Source: Octopus vulgaris
Taxonomy: Eukaryota
NCBI GenBank assembly: GCA_951406725.2
Contig: OX597821.1
Span: 33,046,001 to 33,110,000 of the forward strand
Length of the DNA stretch: 64,000 nt
Direction of reading: 5' to 3'
Shown: one piece after another, positions 1 to 15,399 of the stretch
Layout of the letters: the number at the start of each line of letters is the position of its first letter
Numbering within the stretch: position 1 is the first letter of the stretch
Made by a program: the position numbers and the translations under genes
Notes under the pieces: model-generated
What the model saw: the letters and a program-made list of their open reading frames with translations, nothing else
Database searches by the model: none
Told to the model about the DNA's origin: nothing

Positions 1-177
1 ATAATTATAATTAGGGGTCAGCTATTTGCTTCACCATATAATTATAATTATTTTATAATTATGGAATATTTGTATAATTCTACCTATAAAGGTTATTTTA
101 ACGTACGATCTACTTGATAAAATTATTAATTAATTGATTGATTAATTAATTAATTTAATTAATTAATTTTACACTTT

Positions 178-736
<559 letters not shown>

Positions 737-1185
737 GCATGCTTGCGGATATATGTATGTTTGCATGCATGTATGCACATGTAATGTGTGAGAGAAATCA
801 CAAAATGCAGGATTATGCAAATTTCCTTTCAAATAGCCAATTTAAGCAAAGATTTTAATACATATGCGGAACGAGAAACACGTATGTGTTAACTTAATAA
901 AAAAGAATGCATAATTAAATCTCAAAGACGAAAATTGTTCCTACTGCAAGAATATTTTCTTAAAAGACATTTCGATTCAACTCAAATACGCTATGCTAAA
1001 TCGTGTATACCGTACAGTATTTGTAACTATTTTATCACCTTCTGTGTAAGTGTGTAAGTATGGATATATATATGTTTATGTCTGTATCTGTATGTTTGCA
1101 ATTGTATACGTTTTTATGTGTGAATTTGCATATATGAATATTAATATGTTTTTGTATGAGTGAGGTGAGAATGTGTTTGTATATT

Positions 1186-1271
<86 letters not shown>

Positions 1272-1412
1272 CGAGCGCGTACATATGTCCTTCAACATCT
1301 TTCGTTTAATATGAACATGAGTGTGTAAGTGCCCATATGCATATATGCATGAGCATGTATCCTAATTTGAATATATGTATCTTCGCGTGTCCAAAACAAT
1401 ATCTATGCATAT

Positions 1413-1836
1413 CAGGAGTGGCTGTGTGGTAAGTAGCTTGCTTACCAACCACATGGTTCCGGGTTCAGTTCCACTGCGTGGCATCTTGGGCAAGGGTCTT
1501 CTGCTATAGCCTCGGGCCGACCAAAGTCTTGTGAGTGGATTTGGTAGACGGAAACTGAAAGAAGCCTGTCGTATATGTGTATATATATATACATATGTAT
1601 GTGTGTGTATATGTTTGTGTATATGTTTGTGTCTGTGTTTGTCCCCCTAGCATTGCTTGACAACCGATGCTGGTGTGTTTACGTCCGTGTCACTTAGCGG
1701 TTCGGCAAAATAGACCGATAGAATAAGTACTAGGCTTTCAAAGAATAAGTCCCGGGGTCGATTTGCTCGACTAAAGGTGGTGCTCCAGCATGGCCGCAGT
1801 CAAATGACTGAAACAAGTAAAAGAATAAAAGAATAA
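1413..1836 (+). mobile_element. tRNA-derived SINE family A
   Basis: A-box (tggctgtgtgg) and B-box-like (ggttcagttcc) head, central (TA/TG)n tract, (taaaagar)n tail. Confidence 0.85.
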
Positions 1837-1892
1837 AATTATGCGTGTGTGTCTGCGTGTATGTGTGTATGTATGTGGATGATTATGTGCAT

Positions 1893-1957
<65 letters not shown>

Positions 1958-2367
1958 TGTGTGGCGTTAGACTGCGGCCATACTAGGGCCCGGCCTTGAA
2001 GTATTTTAGACAAACGAATCGACCGCTGTATTTATTTTTGAAACCTGGTACTGCATTGGTGAAACCCCATCCTCGGCCTCTTTTACCGAACCGCTAAGTT
2101 ACAGGAAATGTAAACACAACATCACCAGAGATCAAGCGGTGGTGAGGGACCACACACACACATATCAATTTATGTATGTGCGTGCGCACGCGTGCATGTA
2201 TGTATATATACACAATAGGCTTCTTTCAGTTTCCGGTTACCAAATTCACTCACAAGGCATTGGTCGACCCGAGACTATAGTAGAAGACACTTGCTCAATG
2301 TATGAGTACGTATATTTGAATATAAACATGTTTAGGCGTGTGTATGTGCGTGTATGAACCAATGTAA

Positions 2368-2750
2368 GGAGGCGCAATGGCCCAGTGGTTAGGGCAGCGG
2401 ACTCGCGGTCGTAGGATCGCGGTTTCGATTCTCAGACCGGGCGTTGTGAGTGTTTATTGAGCGAAAACACCTAAAGCTCCACGAAGCTCCGGCAGGGATG
2501 GTGGTGATCCCTGCTGTACTCTTTCACCACAACTTTCTCTCACTCTTACTTCCTGTTTCTGTTGTACCTGTATTTCAAAGGGCCGGCCTTGTCACTCTCT
2601 GTGTCACGCTGAATATCCCCGAGAACTACGTTAAGGGTACACGTGTCTGTGGAGTGCTCAGCCACTTACACGTTAATTTCACGAGCAGGCTGTTCCGTTG
2701 ATTCGGATCAACCGGAACCCTCGTCGTCGTAACCGACGGAGTGCTTCCCC
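2368..2750 (+). mobile_element. tRNA-derived SINE family B
   Basis: ggaggcgcaatggcccagtggttagggc...ggtttcgattc head; TSD atgaaccaatgta (2354-2366, 2751-2763). Confidence 0.9.
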
Positions 2751-4215
2751 ATGAACCAATGTATCTGTGAATAAAATGTGTGAGTGTATGAGTGTGTATG
2801 AATGTGATTGAGTGTGAATATATGTGTGTGTGCGTGTAACTTCTTGCCTTCTAGTCCGCCAGCGCGACGGACCACCATCTTTATTGATTTGTTTAGGCTA
2901 GAAAAGGTAGAAAAAGAGAGAAAAAAAGCTCCCTACTTTCCACTAGAAATCACAAGTGCCAATTTATATCTGGCATGAATGTCCATTCATCAGACTGTTT
3001 GTTCTGTTGGCTTTCTTTCTCACCACCAAAGACGAGGACGGGAGGACTGTTTTTTATTCTTTTTTTTTTTTTTTCAGTTTGTAAATCCAAGTCAAATGTT
3101 AAAAGTAATTTGCCAAATATTAGTTTTTCAAATCGCTCCACAAGGTTCACTCAACTGAATTTTTCTGCGTGCCGTACGTTGCAGACGGGTTACACAGGGA
3201 AAGTGATGGGAAATAACATGTGGAAGTTGGAGTTGTGTGAGAGGTCCAGTTGCGTAGGTGGAGAGGATGAGCGAGAGAGTACGGAGAACAAGGAAGTGAG
3301 AGAGGGAGGAGAAAGAGAGGTTGAAGGAAACAAGGAGAGAGCTGAACAGAGAGAAATAGGGAAAGATGGATAAATAGAGAGGAGAGTGCTTAAGAGCGTC
3401 GAAATTAAAGATGTGAGGGGAACGGCTGGAGGAGGAAGAAAATAGGGGGTTGGTGTCATAAGGGCTAGCAAAAGAAAGGAAAAGGAAGAGAGGAAAAGAT
3501 GAGGCGTGGAGGTGAGAAGGAAACAAAGGAGTAGAACTGGGGTAGGGTAGAGAATGAGATAATAATTCGGGGGAAGAGAGGGGTAGATATAAGTAGGAGG
3601 AGACTGGGAGGAGAAAAAATGGAGGGGATTCGCGGAAGAAAAAATGTGGAGAGTTGTGAGGAAAGAAAAAAAGCGATGGAAAATAGGGGCGAAAACAGGG
3701 AGAAAAGGCGGAGGATGAGGCGGAGGCGGAGGAGGATGATGGGGAGAGGGGGAGGAGGGGAGGAGGGGGAGGGGGAGGGTAGGAGGGGGATTGGGAGGGG
3801 AGGGGGAGAAGGGGGAGGAGGAGGAGGATGGTAGTGGTGGTGATGGTGAATTTTGTTGATGTTCATGTTCTTGTTCAAGTCAGACCTGATCGCTTTCATT
3901 CCAGATGTAACAATTCCATCTTTTTTTTCCTTCGAACAGTTTGTAGGACTGTATTATCTCTACCCTTTCTTTTATGAACTATAAGGTGTGAGTCGAGAAG
4001 GTGGGGATACGGCCATTTCATGCAGGACTAACACTACCTAGAAGCTCCTCTCTTTAGAGGAACATCAAATATAGTGGGAAAAGAAGACCAACAACACAAA
4101 AGACACTTGAAAAGTCAAGATGCTGGGGCTCATAACAAAGATGACGATGTCTTCACATTCTACCAGGATCGACTTTTCCTTTCATTCTTTCGGAGTCAAA
4201 ATAGCTGGTGGTTTT

Positions 4216-4517
4216 ATTGTTGTTGTTGTTCTTGTTCTTGTTCTTCTTCTTCTTCTTCTTTTTCTTCTTCTTTTTCTTCTTCTTCTTCTTCTTCTTCTTC
4301 TTCTTCTTCTTCTTCTTCTTCTTCTTCTTCTTCTTCTTCTTCATCTTCTTCTTCTTCTTCTCTTCTTCTTTTCTTCTTTCTCTTCTTTTTCTTCTTTTTC
4401 TTCTTCTTCTTCTCCTTCTCCTTCTCCTTCTTTCTTCTTCTTCTTCTTCTTCTTCTTCTTCTTCTTCTTCTTCTTCTTCTTCTTCTTCTTCTTCTTCTTC
4501 TTCTTCTTCTTCTTCTT
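4216..4517. repeat. (TTC)n microsatellite
   Basis: Directly visible. Confidence 0.95.
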
Positions 4518-5104
4518 GGTGAGCTGGCAGAATCGTTTGCACGCTGAGCAGAATACTTAGCGGCATTTCGGCCGCTTTTACGTTCTGAATTCAAATTCCG
4601 CTACGGTCGACTTTGCCTTTCACCCTTTCGGGGTCGATAAGATAAGTACCAGCTGAGCGCTGGGTTGGTTGTAATCTACTCACCCATCCACCAAATCACC
4701 ACAAAATTGCAAACTTTGTACCTATAGTAGAAAAAATGATATGTTTAGAGGCATTTTGTCCGTTACCAAGACCTGAATTCAGATATCGTCGAAGTTGACT
4801 TTACCTTTCATCCTTTTGGGGTCGATAAAATAAATACCAATCGATCACTGGGGTCGATTTTATTTGACTTAGCCGCAACTCCGAACTTACTGGCCTTGTG
4901 TCAAAATTTGAAACCGTTTTTATATTGGTGACTGTGACAAAGATGATTAGGATGAATGGATTTGCATTAAGCATGCGCCTGTAGAATGGAGAACAACTGT
5001 TGGAGGAGTGATCATGCCTTTGGTGGGCAGGGTAATCCTGGATCTAGGAGGTTCCCTGATTAGCCCTGATTGGAGTTTCTGTATCAGGAGGACATCATTC
5101 ACAT

Positions 5105-5400
5105 ACTGGCCTAGTGGTTAGAGCAGCGGACTCGCGGTCGAGGGATCGCGGGTTCGAATCTCAGATCGGGCGATGTGTGTGTGTTTCTGAGCGAAAACAC
5201 CTAAGCTCCATGCGGCTCCAGCAGAAGGTAATGGCGATACTTCTGCTGACTCTTTCGTCACAACTTTCTCTCACTCTTTCCTCCTGCATCTTGCAGCTCA
5301 CCTGCGATGGACCGGCGTCCCATCCAGGTGGGGAACCTATACACCAAGAAACCGGGAAACCGGCCCTTATGAGCCAGGCATGGCTCGAGAAGGAAGGAAC
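5105..5400 (+). mobile_element. SINE family B-related
   Basis: tggcctagtggttagagc...ggttcgaatc head; similar copies at about 34488-34765 (+) and 54370-54678 (-). Confidence 0.85.
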
Positions 5401-5552
5401 ATTCACATACTTTGTATACTATGTATGGTTCTATCTCATTTCACTGTTTCTTCCCTTTCATCATTAATATAAACCCCTACACAAATTTTAGACTAACCTT
5501 GTGATGTCCCCCTCATCCATACCTCTGATGCAAATTAAAGAAATTATTATAT

Positions 5553-5733
5553 AGGCGTAGGAGCGGCTCTATGGTAAATAGCTTGCTTACGAACCACATG
5601 GTTCTGGGTTCAGTCCCACTGCGTGGCACCTTGGGCAAGTTTCTTCTACTATAGCCTCAGGCCGACCAATGCCTTGTGAGTGGATTTGGTGGACGGAAAC
5701 TGAAAGAAACCCGTTGTATATATGTATATATAC

Positions 5734-5814
<81 letters not shown>

Positions 5815-5820
5815 TGTATG

Positions 5821-5854
<34 letters not shown>

Positions 5855-5886
5855 TGTATGTATGTATGTATGTATGTGTGTGTGTG

Positions 5887-5917
<31 letters not shown>

Positions 5918-6138
5918 GTGTATATGTTTGTGTGTCTGTGTTTGTCCTCCCAACATCGCTTGACAACCGATGCTGGTGTGTTTACGTCCCCGTAACTTAG
6001 CGGTTCGGCAAAAGAGAACGATAGAATAACTACTAGGCGTACAAAGAATAAGTCCTGGGGTCGATTTGCTCGACTAAAGGCGGTGCTCCAGCATGACCAC
6101 AGTCAAATGACTGAAACAAGTAAAAGAGTAAAAGAGTA
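5553..6138 (+). mobile_element. SINE family A
   Basis: Full copy with expanded internal microsatellite. Confidence 0.85.
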
Positions 6139-7438
6139 TATAATTTCCATCATTAGATGGGTCACATTAGAAATCATAAAACGTATTTCTTCTTAACGCA
6201 TATCGTATCAACTTTTAATCATTTTTACAAAACGTGAATAATTTCTATAGCTTTTACTTCTAGAAAAGTAAAACTATAAACTGATTTCAAATTTGGCATG
6301 AGGCCAACAATTTCGGGAGAGGGGATAAGTCGATTACATCGACCCCAGCGTCGACCGGTTCTTATTTTATCGACCCCGAAGAGATGAAAAGCAAAGTCGA
6401 CCACGGTGGAATTTGAACTGAGATCGTAAAGACGGACGAAAGGCCGCTAAGCGTTTTAACCTGGCGTGCTAACGATTCTGCCAGGTCGCCGCTTTTGTAA
6501 AACTAAATTCCACCAAGTTCATTATAGATTTCTTGCTGGTATCAAAAGGAACCGCTTTTGTGTTGAAGCAACAGTAGTGATTCTTGGTCGTCGTCTGTTG
6601 GTCGTAATTTTGGTAACCTTTGTGGTGGTTGGGGTTATATCAGCTAAGCTGTGGCTGTGACAGCAGCAGTAGCCGTAGTAAAGGGCTGTTGATTGTGGTA
6701 ACAACAGTGGTCGGTTCTCAGGTACATATTCGTAGAAAATTTGCCTTTCATCCTCTCAGGGTCGATAAATAAAGTACCAGTTTCGCCCTGGGTCGATGTA
6801 ATCGACTTTATCCCTTTTTTTTTTTTGTCCTTGTTTGTCCCCTCTATGTTTAGCCCCTTGCGGGTAGTAAAGAAATATATATATTGCAAGTATTCAAGGC
6901 AGATAACACAAGGCATCGATTATCGCTGCAGATAGAGTAGTTTCCCTTGGGATACAATTTACTTCTTCATAAGAAATCAAAGAGGAATGTCCCAAAAATG
7001 TGTTGACCTCGTAGAAAGTAACTACAGAAAATCGTCGAGTCCAGATACTACTTTTCATCACTTATGACATCGGCTGACTATTGAAAGACATTTTGCGTTT
7101 CATAAATGCGTTGTTGATATCGCCGTTGTTTAGTCCAAGATCAGCTTGGTAGAGCATTCTATGAGAAGAATTCCGGATTACATAAACAGCAACGAATTAT
7201 GCCACCTTTCTGAGCTATCGGCACAATTATTTTCTCGTTCATTTTTTTTTTATTTATCTAAATACTTTGTATAACTTGCTACTTTAAAATTTTAATTGTT
7301 ATACGTATATTATATTAAATCATCGATTAAATAAATAAAGAACAACCTACAGTGAAGCGTATGTGTGAGTGTTGTGTGTGTGTGTTGTGTGTGTGTGTCT
7401 GTGTGTGTGCGCGCGTGTGTGTGTTTGTGTGTGCGTGT

Positions 7439-7518
<80 letters not shown>

Positions 7519-7979
7519 TTGAGTGTGTTTGTGTGTGCGTCTATGCGCGCGCGTTTTTGAGCATGAATGTAAGTACGTATATATATATATAAATTAAGTA
7601 TAGATATATATAAATGGCTGTTACATCATTTGTCGACGGCAAATAGACTGTTTTCTTTCAAAAAACGGATGAAAACAATCTCCTTGTAGTTTATGAAATA
7701 ATTGCACTCTCGGTGAAGACATATCGAAGACATATCAAAAGTATTAAAATTCCAAGACTTGCCCACGAAGTGTACAATCCAAATTTCAATTTGATCGTGA
7801 CCTTCTCGCTAGGGGTCACTCTTATTTCTAAAAAAACACAGGGCTTGTGATCTTGTCGCTAGGGGGTTACTCTTATTTCTAAAATAAAACAGAGGCTTGT
7901 TTTGTTAGAAATAAAGAGAGTGCGTAATTTGAAAAATTGGAAGAGTGACCCCTAGCGACAAGATCACAATCAAATTACA

Positions 7980-8056
<77 letters not shown>

Positions 8057-9262
8057 TCTCTCTCTTTATTTCTAACAAAACAGACCCATACTTTTTTAGA
8101 AATAAGAGTAACCCTTTGCGACATATTCACAATCCCTTATCGCACGTCGATGAGGCCATCTACAGGGATTGTTATGCCATGAAATGTTACAATGCCTGGG
8201 AGAATTACTAAACGTTTATAAAGCACACAGCGGAAACGTATCCCTAATAATTTAGAGGCATGTTACAGCTAATTTACTTTATTAACATAATTTTGTGTTA
8301 GTAAATGATTTTCTCTTACACAAACACATGTGGTTCTAGTGGAGATATGCGCTGGTCAGATGTCGATGAGGCCCTCGCAAGAATCGATAGTAAGCCGCAC
8401 GCATTTGCGATAATTTAAAACCTTTTCCATTTTGATTTTGAAATATTTTTTTAAATCATTTGGAAATTATACAGAGAGGCGAATGGCAGAATTGGACAGT
8501 CCATATTTTAAAACCAAGATTTTTTTTTAAATAGAAAAATAGTGGAGGATTTTGGAATAAGGGGTTGGGGGTAGGGGAATATTTAAATTTCATTTTAAGA
8601 TATCTATTTTCTTGAAAATTAAGACGAATTGAAGTGGACGCCGGTGAATTTTCCGAAATTCCCCACCCCCAGCCCTCCTAAAACATTCCCTCCACCAAAA
8701 AATGTTTTGGGTATTTGGAATCTACATGATATAACACATATTCGTAGAAAATTTCATTAAAAAATATCCATTTTTCTGAAAGTTATGATCATCCAAAGTC
8801 GGTGGGTTGCAGGAATCTGTAGTTATGCCATATTGAGTTATAGGTGAATAAACGTAGTCATGGGAGATAATAGAACCAGTTATTAGCGATATAAGCTGAG
8901 TACTCTCCCTTACTACGAAAACCTATTTTCATTTGAATTTTGATACAAGTTCCAAACAGAAACAGCTTTTCTTACATTGGTTTCAAAATTTGGCACAAAG
9001 CCAACAAGTTTGTGGGAAGGGAGTAAGTCGATTACATCAACCCCAGTACCCGACTGCTACTTTTTTTATCGACTTGGAAGGTATTAAAGGCACAGTCGAT
9101 CTTGGCGAAATTTAAACTCAGCACATGAAGACGGACGAAGCATTTTGCTCGGCGCAGTAGTGATTCTGTCAGCTCCTCGATGCTTTCAACATTTCTTATA
9201 TTGACAGTAATTTCTAAAAGTCATAAAGACTATTGATACTAATCCCCCTCTCGTATAATAAA

Positions 9263-9661
9263 CTAGCAGTATCGCCCGGCGTTGCTCGGGTTTGTAAGGG
9301 AAATAACTATATAAGCATTTTTAGAGAGTTATAGCAAAAAAATAGCAAAAAAATGCATTAAAAATGGAAAAGAAATGATGGTAAATTTTTTTTTTAAATC
9401 GTTGACTCATCGTAGACATTTTTAGAGAGTTACTTCCCTTATATAATAGCGAAAAAATGCATTAAAATGGAAAAAAATTATGGTAATTTTTTTTTTTAAT
9501 CGTAGACTCATCGTAGACGCGCGCTAATACCCAGAAGGGCTCGATATGAATCACGACTATAAGATACCCGGTTTTGGTTAAACTGCACCGCAAAATGTGG
9601 GAGTAGTTAGGAATCTAAATCGTAGGAGACAGACACACAACTTTAGTTTTATATATAAAGA
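9263..9661 (-). mobile_element. Non-autonomous Helitron
   Basis: Minus strand starts A|TCTTTATATATAAAA and ends with hairpin CCCGAGCAACGCCGGG then CTAG|T; no TSD. Confidence 0.8.
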
Positions 9662-10397
9662 TATGGTGTAGCGAGACCAATTTTTGTAATGGCATATTGA
9701 ATACATTAAACTCATATAGGATCAGCGCGTTAATATGTAATGATTGGTCGCTTTATCTATCATGTGAGTTTTGAATATTGGTTCTGTCCTATGTTTTGAT
9801 TGGCTGAGGATAGCACTGCATTTGGGTCGTAATATATTCTCAAAATACTAATCGGTATGTGCTTTGGAGCCTATTTTTTTTTTCTATAAATCTTTGTGAT
9901 AAATTATTGAGTCTAGAGGGGGTGAGTGATTTTCATGAAGGTGAGTCGTGTTGTTTTCCTGCCGCTATTCATCAAAGCAAAATTAATATAACGGAGCACA
10001 TGTAACCAACGATGACCCGAGCTGAATTATCCAAATGATCGATGAACTATACAACCACCAGAATTCGTGATGTTTTTCACTTGGTCTACTGTACTACTTA
10101 ACGAAGGAATAAAGTCATACTATTACCTTTAAAGTTCGTTTCTTGTATTATTTCCACGCGTGAACACACATGTATTATACAATGGTATGCAAGATTCCGT
10201 AGTAAAACCATGGGAGACTTTAGACCACCCGTTAAGATGGCATCGATCGGATATCGAAAAATATCTACCGTGTTATAAATGTATTTTCGTTACTGTGAAA
10301 GCGTGGATCTTGGTGGTTAGAGTGTTAGACTCTCGACCGTTAAGTTGACCGATTGTCAGACAGGGTGACGTGTTATGGTTTTAAGTGAAACACCTCG

Positions 10398-10727
10398 AGA
10401 TCTTTTCGGTTTGAACGGCAGTTTTTAACATTATTTCTAGGTAACTAAAAAATTTTAAACTTCGTATACTGGTAGAATGTGTTTATAAAACATCTTTTTC
10501 TCTTGGCTTTATTGAGAAAATTCTATAGTTTGTAAGATATTTGTTGTTTTTTTTCTTCAATTTCTGCAATTTCAACCAATCAATTACGTCTATTGAGTTA
10601 AAAAGCATTCTGTGCCGTATGAATATGTCCCTCGCTTAAGAAACAGATTGGGTTTATTTACATTTGTGAAGAAAAAAAGATAACCTTCCCCCACCCCTAA
10701 CCCTAAAAGAGATTGAAATGCAATAGA
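10398..10727. mobile_element. Same MITE family, truncated
   Basis: Left TIR and body present; right end replaced by a SINE. Confidence 0.85.
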
Positions 10728-10911
10728 GGCTAGCCGATTACATCGATTCCAGTGTTTCACTGGTACTTAATTTATCGACCCAGAAAGGATGAAAACCAAA
10801 GTCGACCTCGGCGGAATTTGAAGTCAGAACGTAAACACAGACGAAATATTGCTATGCATTTCGACCGGCGTACTAACGATTCTGCCACCTCACTGCTTTA
10901 ATAATGATAAC

Positions 10912-10985
<74 letters not shown>

Positions 10986-11080
10986 TAATAATAATAATGT
11001 CAACAACCACCAGAAATAAAAGCTTCAGCAGATTGAAATTTCACTCCCAATTATATATATATAATGATATATATATAATG

Positions 11081-11123
<43 letters not shown>

Positions 11124-11585
11124 ATACATAATAATATATAGTATATAATATATAATAATATGTTATATAATATATATATAATGATAATATCTCACTAAAA
11201 TGAATTGGTAAATTATTCAAATAAAGGAATCTGGAAATAGAGATAACTGACATGTGGGTATTGGAAACAGAAATAATTCTTATATCATGTGCATAACGGA
11301 ACAAATTATGCAAATATATATCGAAAACCACAGGGTTTACTCAAAATCACATAAAATACAGAGAAGCTAGCACCACAAGGCACTGCTCGCATATTTCATT
11401 GAGGGCTTTCAACATAAGAAAGTGCGATCGTAAAACAGAACAACACACTGCACATGCTCAATGCTATCATATCTGCATTGAATCAACAAAAAAACAACAA
11501 TAAAAACAAAATTACTAAAACTATAAACATTTATTGTTTATTTCTTGTTAGTTTTTTTTTATTTCTTTTGCATGTAAGCTAATTT

Positions 11586-11638
<53 letters not shown>

Positions 11639-11852
11639 TAGTATATTTTTTATATCGTGCTTTCACTTCACTACCGAGCGCAGCTCTGTGTGCCTTGGGT
11701 ATGTGCTGTGATTTGTTGTGATGCTCTGATGGTTATTGTATGGAAAGTGTTCTGCATAGGATGTGTACAGTGCCTAGTAGTGCAATTTTCTGTATGTTAT
11801 ATGTGTTTGTAAGTCCTGGTGTTTTTGTTATGTATTTGTCTGAATATTTTTT

Positions 11853-11947
<95 letters not shown>

Positions 11948-12226
11948 CACTATTACTACTACTACTACTACTAATCTATTATTACTCGAAAGCTATTACA
12001 TAGTAATTTAATTAGCAGGGAAGCTCTCTTGAGGTCTGGTGACAACAAGTCTCCTCAAATCACAAGAATCTTTCTTAGGATTCTTAGGTCGACAACAAAT
12101 GTCTCAATTCCAATATCCTTCTGCACATTCGACTAACCCCATTCCCTCGAAATAACAGGCTTTGTGCCAAATTTTGAAACCATTACTATCATTATTATTA
12201 TTACTATTATTATTATTATTATTATA

Positions 12227-12271
<45 letters not shown>

Positions 12272-12284
12272 GTATTAACTGTAA

Positions 12285-12586
12285 TCATATAAGCATTTTC
12301 CCAAAGTACAGTATGACCATCTTGAGCAGATAAATGTTTAGCCAACTCTTCATATAAGAAAGACTGATTTTAGTAGCGGTAGATTTACAACGTTTTTTGA
12401 TAGTAAGAAGGTATTGAAAAGACATAAATTTTTCTGGGTATTGGTTCCTATATTCAAAATAATTCACATCTATATAGCGTTCTCCTGTTCCAGTTGGATA
12501 TGGCAAAATAACGTTGTCGGATTTTTGTTCATATAGTAGGAACTGTATTCGACGATCAGCTAAACTCGGGCCCGGCGCTGTGTAAG
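12285..12586 (-). CDS. PEBP-like protein A, terminal coding exon 4
   Basis: Polypyrimidine acceptor ctcttttcacctgcaccag|CT; 302 nt to TGA. Encodes [20 protein letters not shown]...FMSFQYLL...[19 protein letters not shown], matching the PEBP YxxPxP..HRYQFLLYxQ block. Joined CDS is 678 nt = 225 aa + stop. Confidence 0.88.
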
Positions 12587-13229
12587 CTGGTGCAGGTGAA
12601 AAGAGAGGAAAGAGTTGTTGAAATTAAACATGGTTCTGAATACATTCTGTTCAATACTTCTAGATCGCACGTAATATGTATGTGTTTATGCATGTATGTA
12701 TATGAGGGTGCATGTGAGTGTGCGCGCGCATGCGTACTTATGTATGTATGCATGTGTGTACACACATATATACATGTATGTATGCATGTATACACACACA
12801 TATATATATATGTATGCATATATTTATATATATATATATATATGTATATGTATGTATATGTATATATATGTATATATATATATATATATATGTAAGTATA
12901 TATATATACATATATATATATATGTAAGTGTGTATATATATATATATATATATAGGGAGAGAGAGAGAGAGAGAAATTTGTTGTGAAAATGCATATAAAT
13001 TTGAAAAACTTGTATTTGTTTAAAATAGATTTATTATTATAGCAAACTAGTTTCAACAATATTTTTTGTTTATCAATGGTAAAAATTTAAAATTATGAAT
13101 TAGAAAAACATCTTTAAAAGATTCAATGTTGACAAATTAAAATGTTCATAACAGGCTAATTTAGAATTATGAATTAAAAAGACATGTTCAGAAATTTCGA
13201 TGTTGACAAGTTTAAATATATAAAGTAAA

Positions 13230-14450
13230 GATTATTTGCCAATATAATGTGGCAGTCTCGGTTACTGTTGTTTAGTCCCAGGAATCATCATCTCCAGCTG
13301 GCTGTACGACACACTATCTGTGTCCTTATAGCTTCGAACGGGGAAGTTTAGCATCCCCACCCCAACACAGATCTATGGATCGCGGTTTCAGGGTTATTTC
13401 TCTTCTTCGACACAGAAGAATCACTCGGCTGAGGGTGGCGCTGCCAAAATCTCCGTTCAAAAATATATAGTTTTCAAAGCGATCTTACTGTTAATGCGTG
13501 CCTCTCGTTGAGTAAATTTATTCAATGAAATTGCCACTGGCTTCAACCACGGCCTCCAGACGATTTCAGAATCTCCTCCAACTCTTCTGGTCGGTCTCCT
13601 TGTTTAAATTGGTGAATGCTGCTATAATCCAAGGAGTTTTGCTGGTCTTTCGCTCAAAGTGCGCCCTACAAGGGGTTTGCAGTGTGGGGAGTTAGGTGGC
13701 CAAATGTTCGAGGTGATGTGGTCGCAGAAATTGTATGACAGCCATGACTGGGTTCTCCTGCCTGTGTGACATGGTGCAGAGTCTTGTTGCCAGACATAGG
13801 GTCTTCAAGCAGCCACCCTCTTGATGCAAGGCAGCACTATCTCGGATCTTCTCTGTTTGAACGGCAGTTTTTAACATAATTTCTAGGTAGCTAAAAAATT
13901 TTAAACTTCGTATACTGGTAGAATGTGTATATAAAACAGCTTTTTCTCTTGGCTTTATTGAGAAAATTCTATAGTTTGTAAGATATTTGTTGTTTTTTTT
14001 CTTCAATTTCTACAATTTCAACCAATCACTGACGTCAATTAAGGTTAAAAAAAACATTTTGTGCCGTATGAATATGTCCCTCGTTTAAGAAACAGATTGG
14101 CTTTATTTACATTTGTGAAGAAAAAAAGATACCCTTCCCCCCACCCCTAACCAACCCTAACCCTAAAATAGATTGAAATGCAATAGATCGATACTAGGGT
14201 CATAATTATGGGTGACAATTTCATATGACACCGCTAGAAAAAACTGCCGTTCAAACCGAAAGGATCCCTATCTCCTCTAGGCACTTGATGTAAGCCTCCG
14301 TGTTTAGTCTGAAGCCGTGTGGAGAGATGAATGGAGGCATAACGTCGCCATCACAAGTGATCACTCCAAACACCAGGATGTTGACTGAATGTTTGATTTT
14401 TATCACTTGATACATGTCCTCAGATTACACTGTCCTCAGATTGACACCCA
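13230..14450 (-). mobile_element. Decayed Tc1/mariner-superfamily transposase relic interrupted by a MITE
   Basis: Minus strand YVWQQDSAPCH and WPPNSPHCKPL (cf. WPPNSPDLNPLDY). Boundaries approximate. Confidence 0.65.
13844..14267. mobile_element. About 420-bp MITE, TIR GGATCTTTTCGGTTTGAACGGCAGTTTTT, internal CCCTAA repeats
   Basis: TIRs at both ends; flanking duplication ctatctc. Confidence 0.9.
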
Positions 14451-14710
14451 AGCACAGTGAAATGTTCGTATTGTAGCTTCCAGTGCGAATGCCAAGCAGT
14501 ACATGTCGTTTCCAAATTTCTGGCAGAATGAATTGCGTCATGGTGCTATTTTTCTCACAGACCGTGCCCAACCGACCCTACCGTACTGTGTAGTCGACAA
14601 AATCAAAAACAAACAATGCGCATGCGCGAAATTAAAAATATAAAATGACGACGATTTACCCATCGCACACTCTGTGTGTGTGTTCATACGAGTGCGTGTG
14701 TGTGTGCATA

Positions 14711-14728
14711 TCTATTATATAAAATCCA

Positions 14729-14763
<35 letters not shown>

Positions 14764-15267
14764 TTCTAGGATCTCGGGCATCCTCCATCTGATTGCGCTC
14801 AAATTTGATATGTAGATACTGACAGTATCAGGGCGTGTATAAGTCTTGAAAAAATTACAAAAATCGATTCCAGGTGAGAATGCAATCGATAAAGCCGTGG
14901 GAACGTGCATTTGTACCCGCAAGTACGTCAGCTGTTGCGATCGATACTACGCGTGCGCGAAAAAAATGCACGTGCAGTTTGCGCAAAAAAAGCCGGCTGG
15001 CTTGAAATAATGCCACAAAATGCAGTATATTTAAGAGACCAAAAAAGTAAGATGCAAAAGAGATATGTTCTTCAAACTTGGCATGAAGGAAGGAAAGACT
15101 ATTTGGTTTCTCAAGAAGTTTTTTTTGCTTAACTACGTTTAACAAAACCAAAAATGTTATTAAAATAAAGGCATGCTTAATTATTTTTTAATGAAAAGAA
15201 AACACTGATTGCTTTTAATTCAGCAGATATGATTCAGCACCGTCCATTGGACGGGGGCACTTTGCTC

Positions 15268-15268
<1 letters not shown>
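14711..15268 (+). mobile_element. Non-autonomous Helitron-like element
   Basis: A|TCTATTATATAAAA start, internal (TG)n, 3' hairpin CCGTCCATTGGACGG, CTCG|T end. Confidence 0.6.
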
Positions 15269-15306
<38 letters not shown>

Positions 15307-15399
15307 TAATAAATAACAATAGGGTAATAAGTTAGGATATACAGGCAGTTAGTTTTACAGGTGGATCTGGCTGTGTGTATATTTGAAATCTAAAGGCTG

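Noticed and set aside
2368-2445. tRNA genes at SINE heads (also near 5105, 21670, 34488, 54600)
   Set aside because: A/B boxes present but fused to repeated SINE bodies with TSDs; no complete cloverleaf verified.
2975-3373. 132-aa ORF and overlapping minus-strand ORFs
   Set aside because: No recognisable domain; runs into purine-rich low-complexity sequence; no consistent splice sites found.
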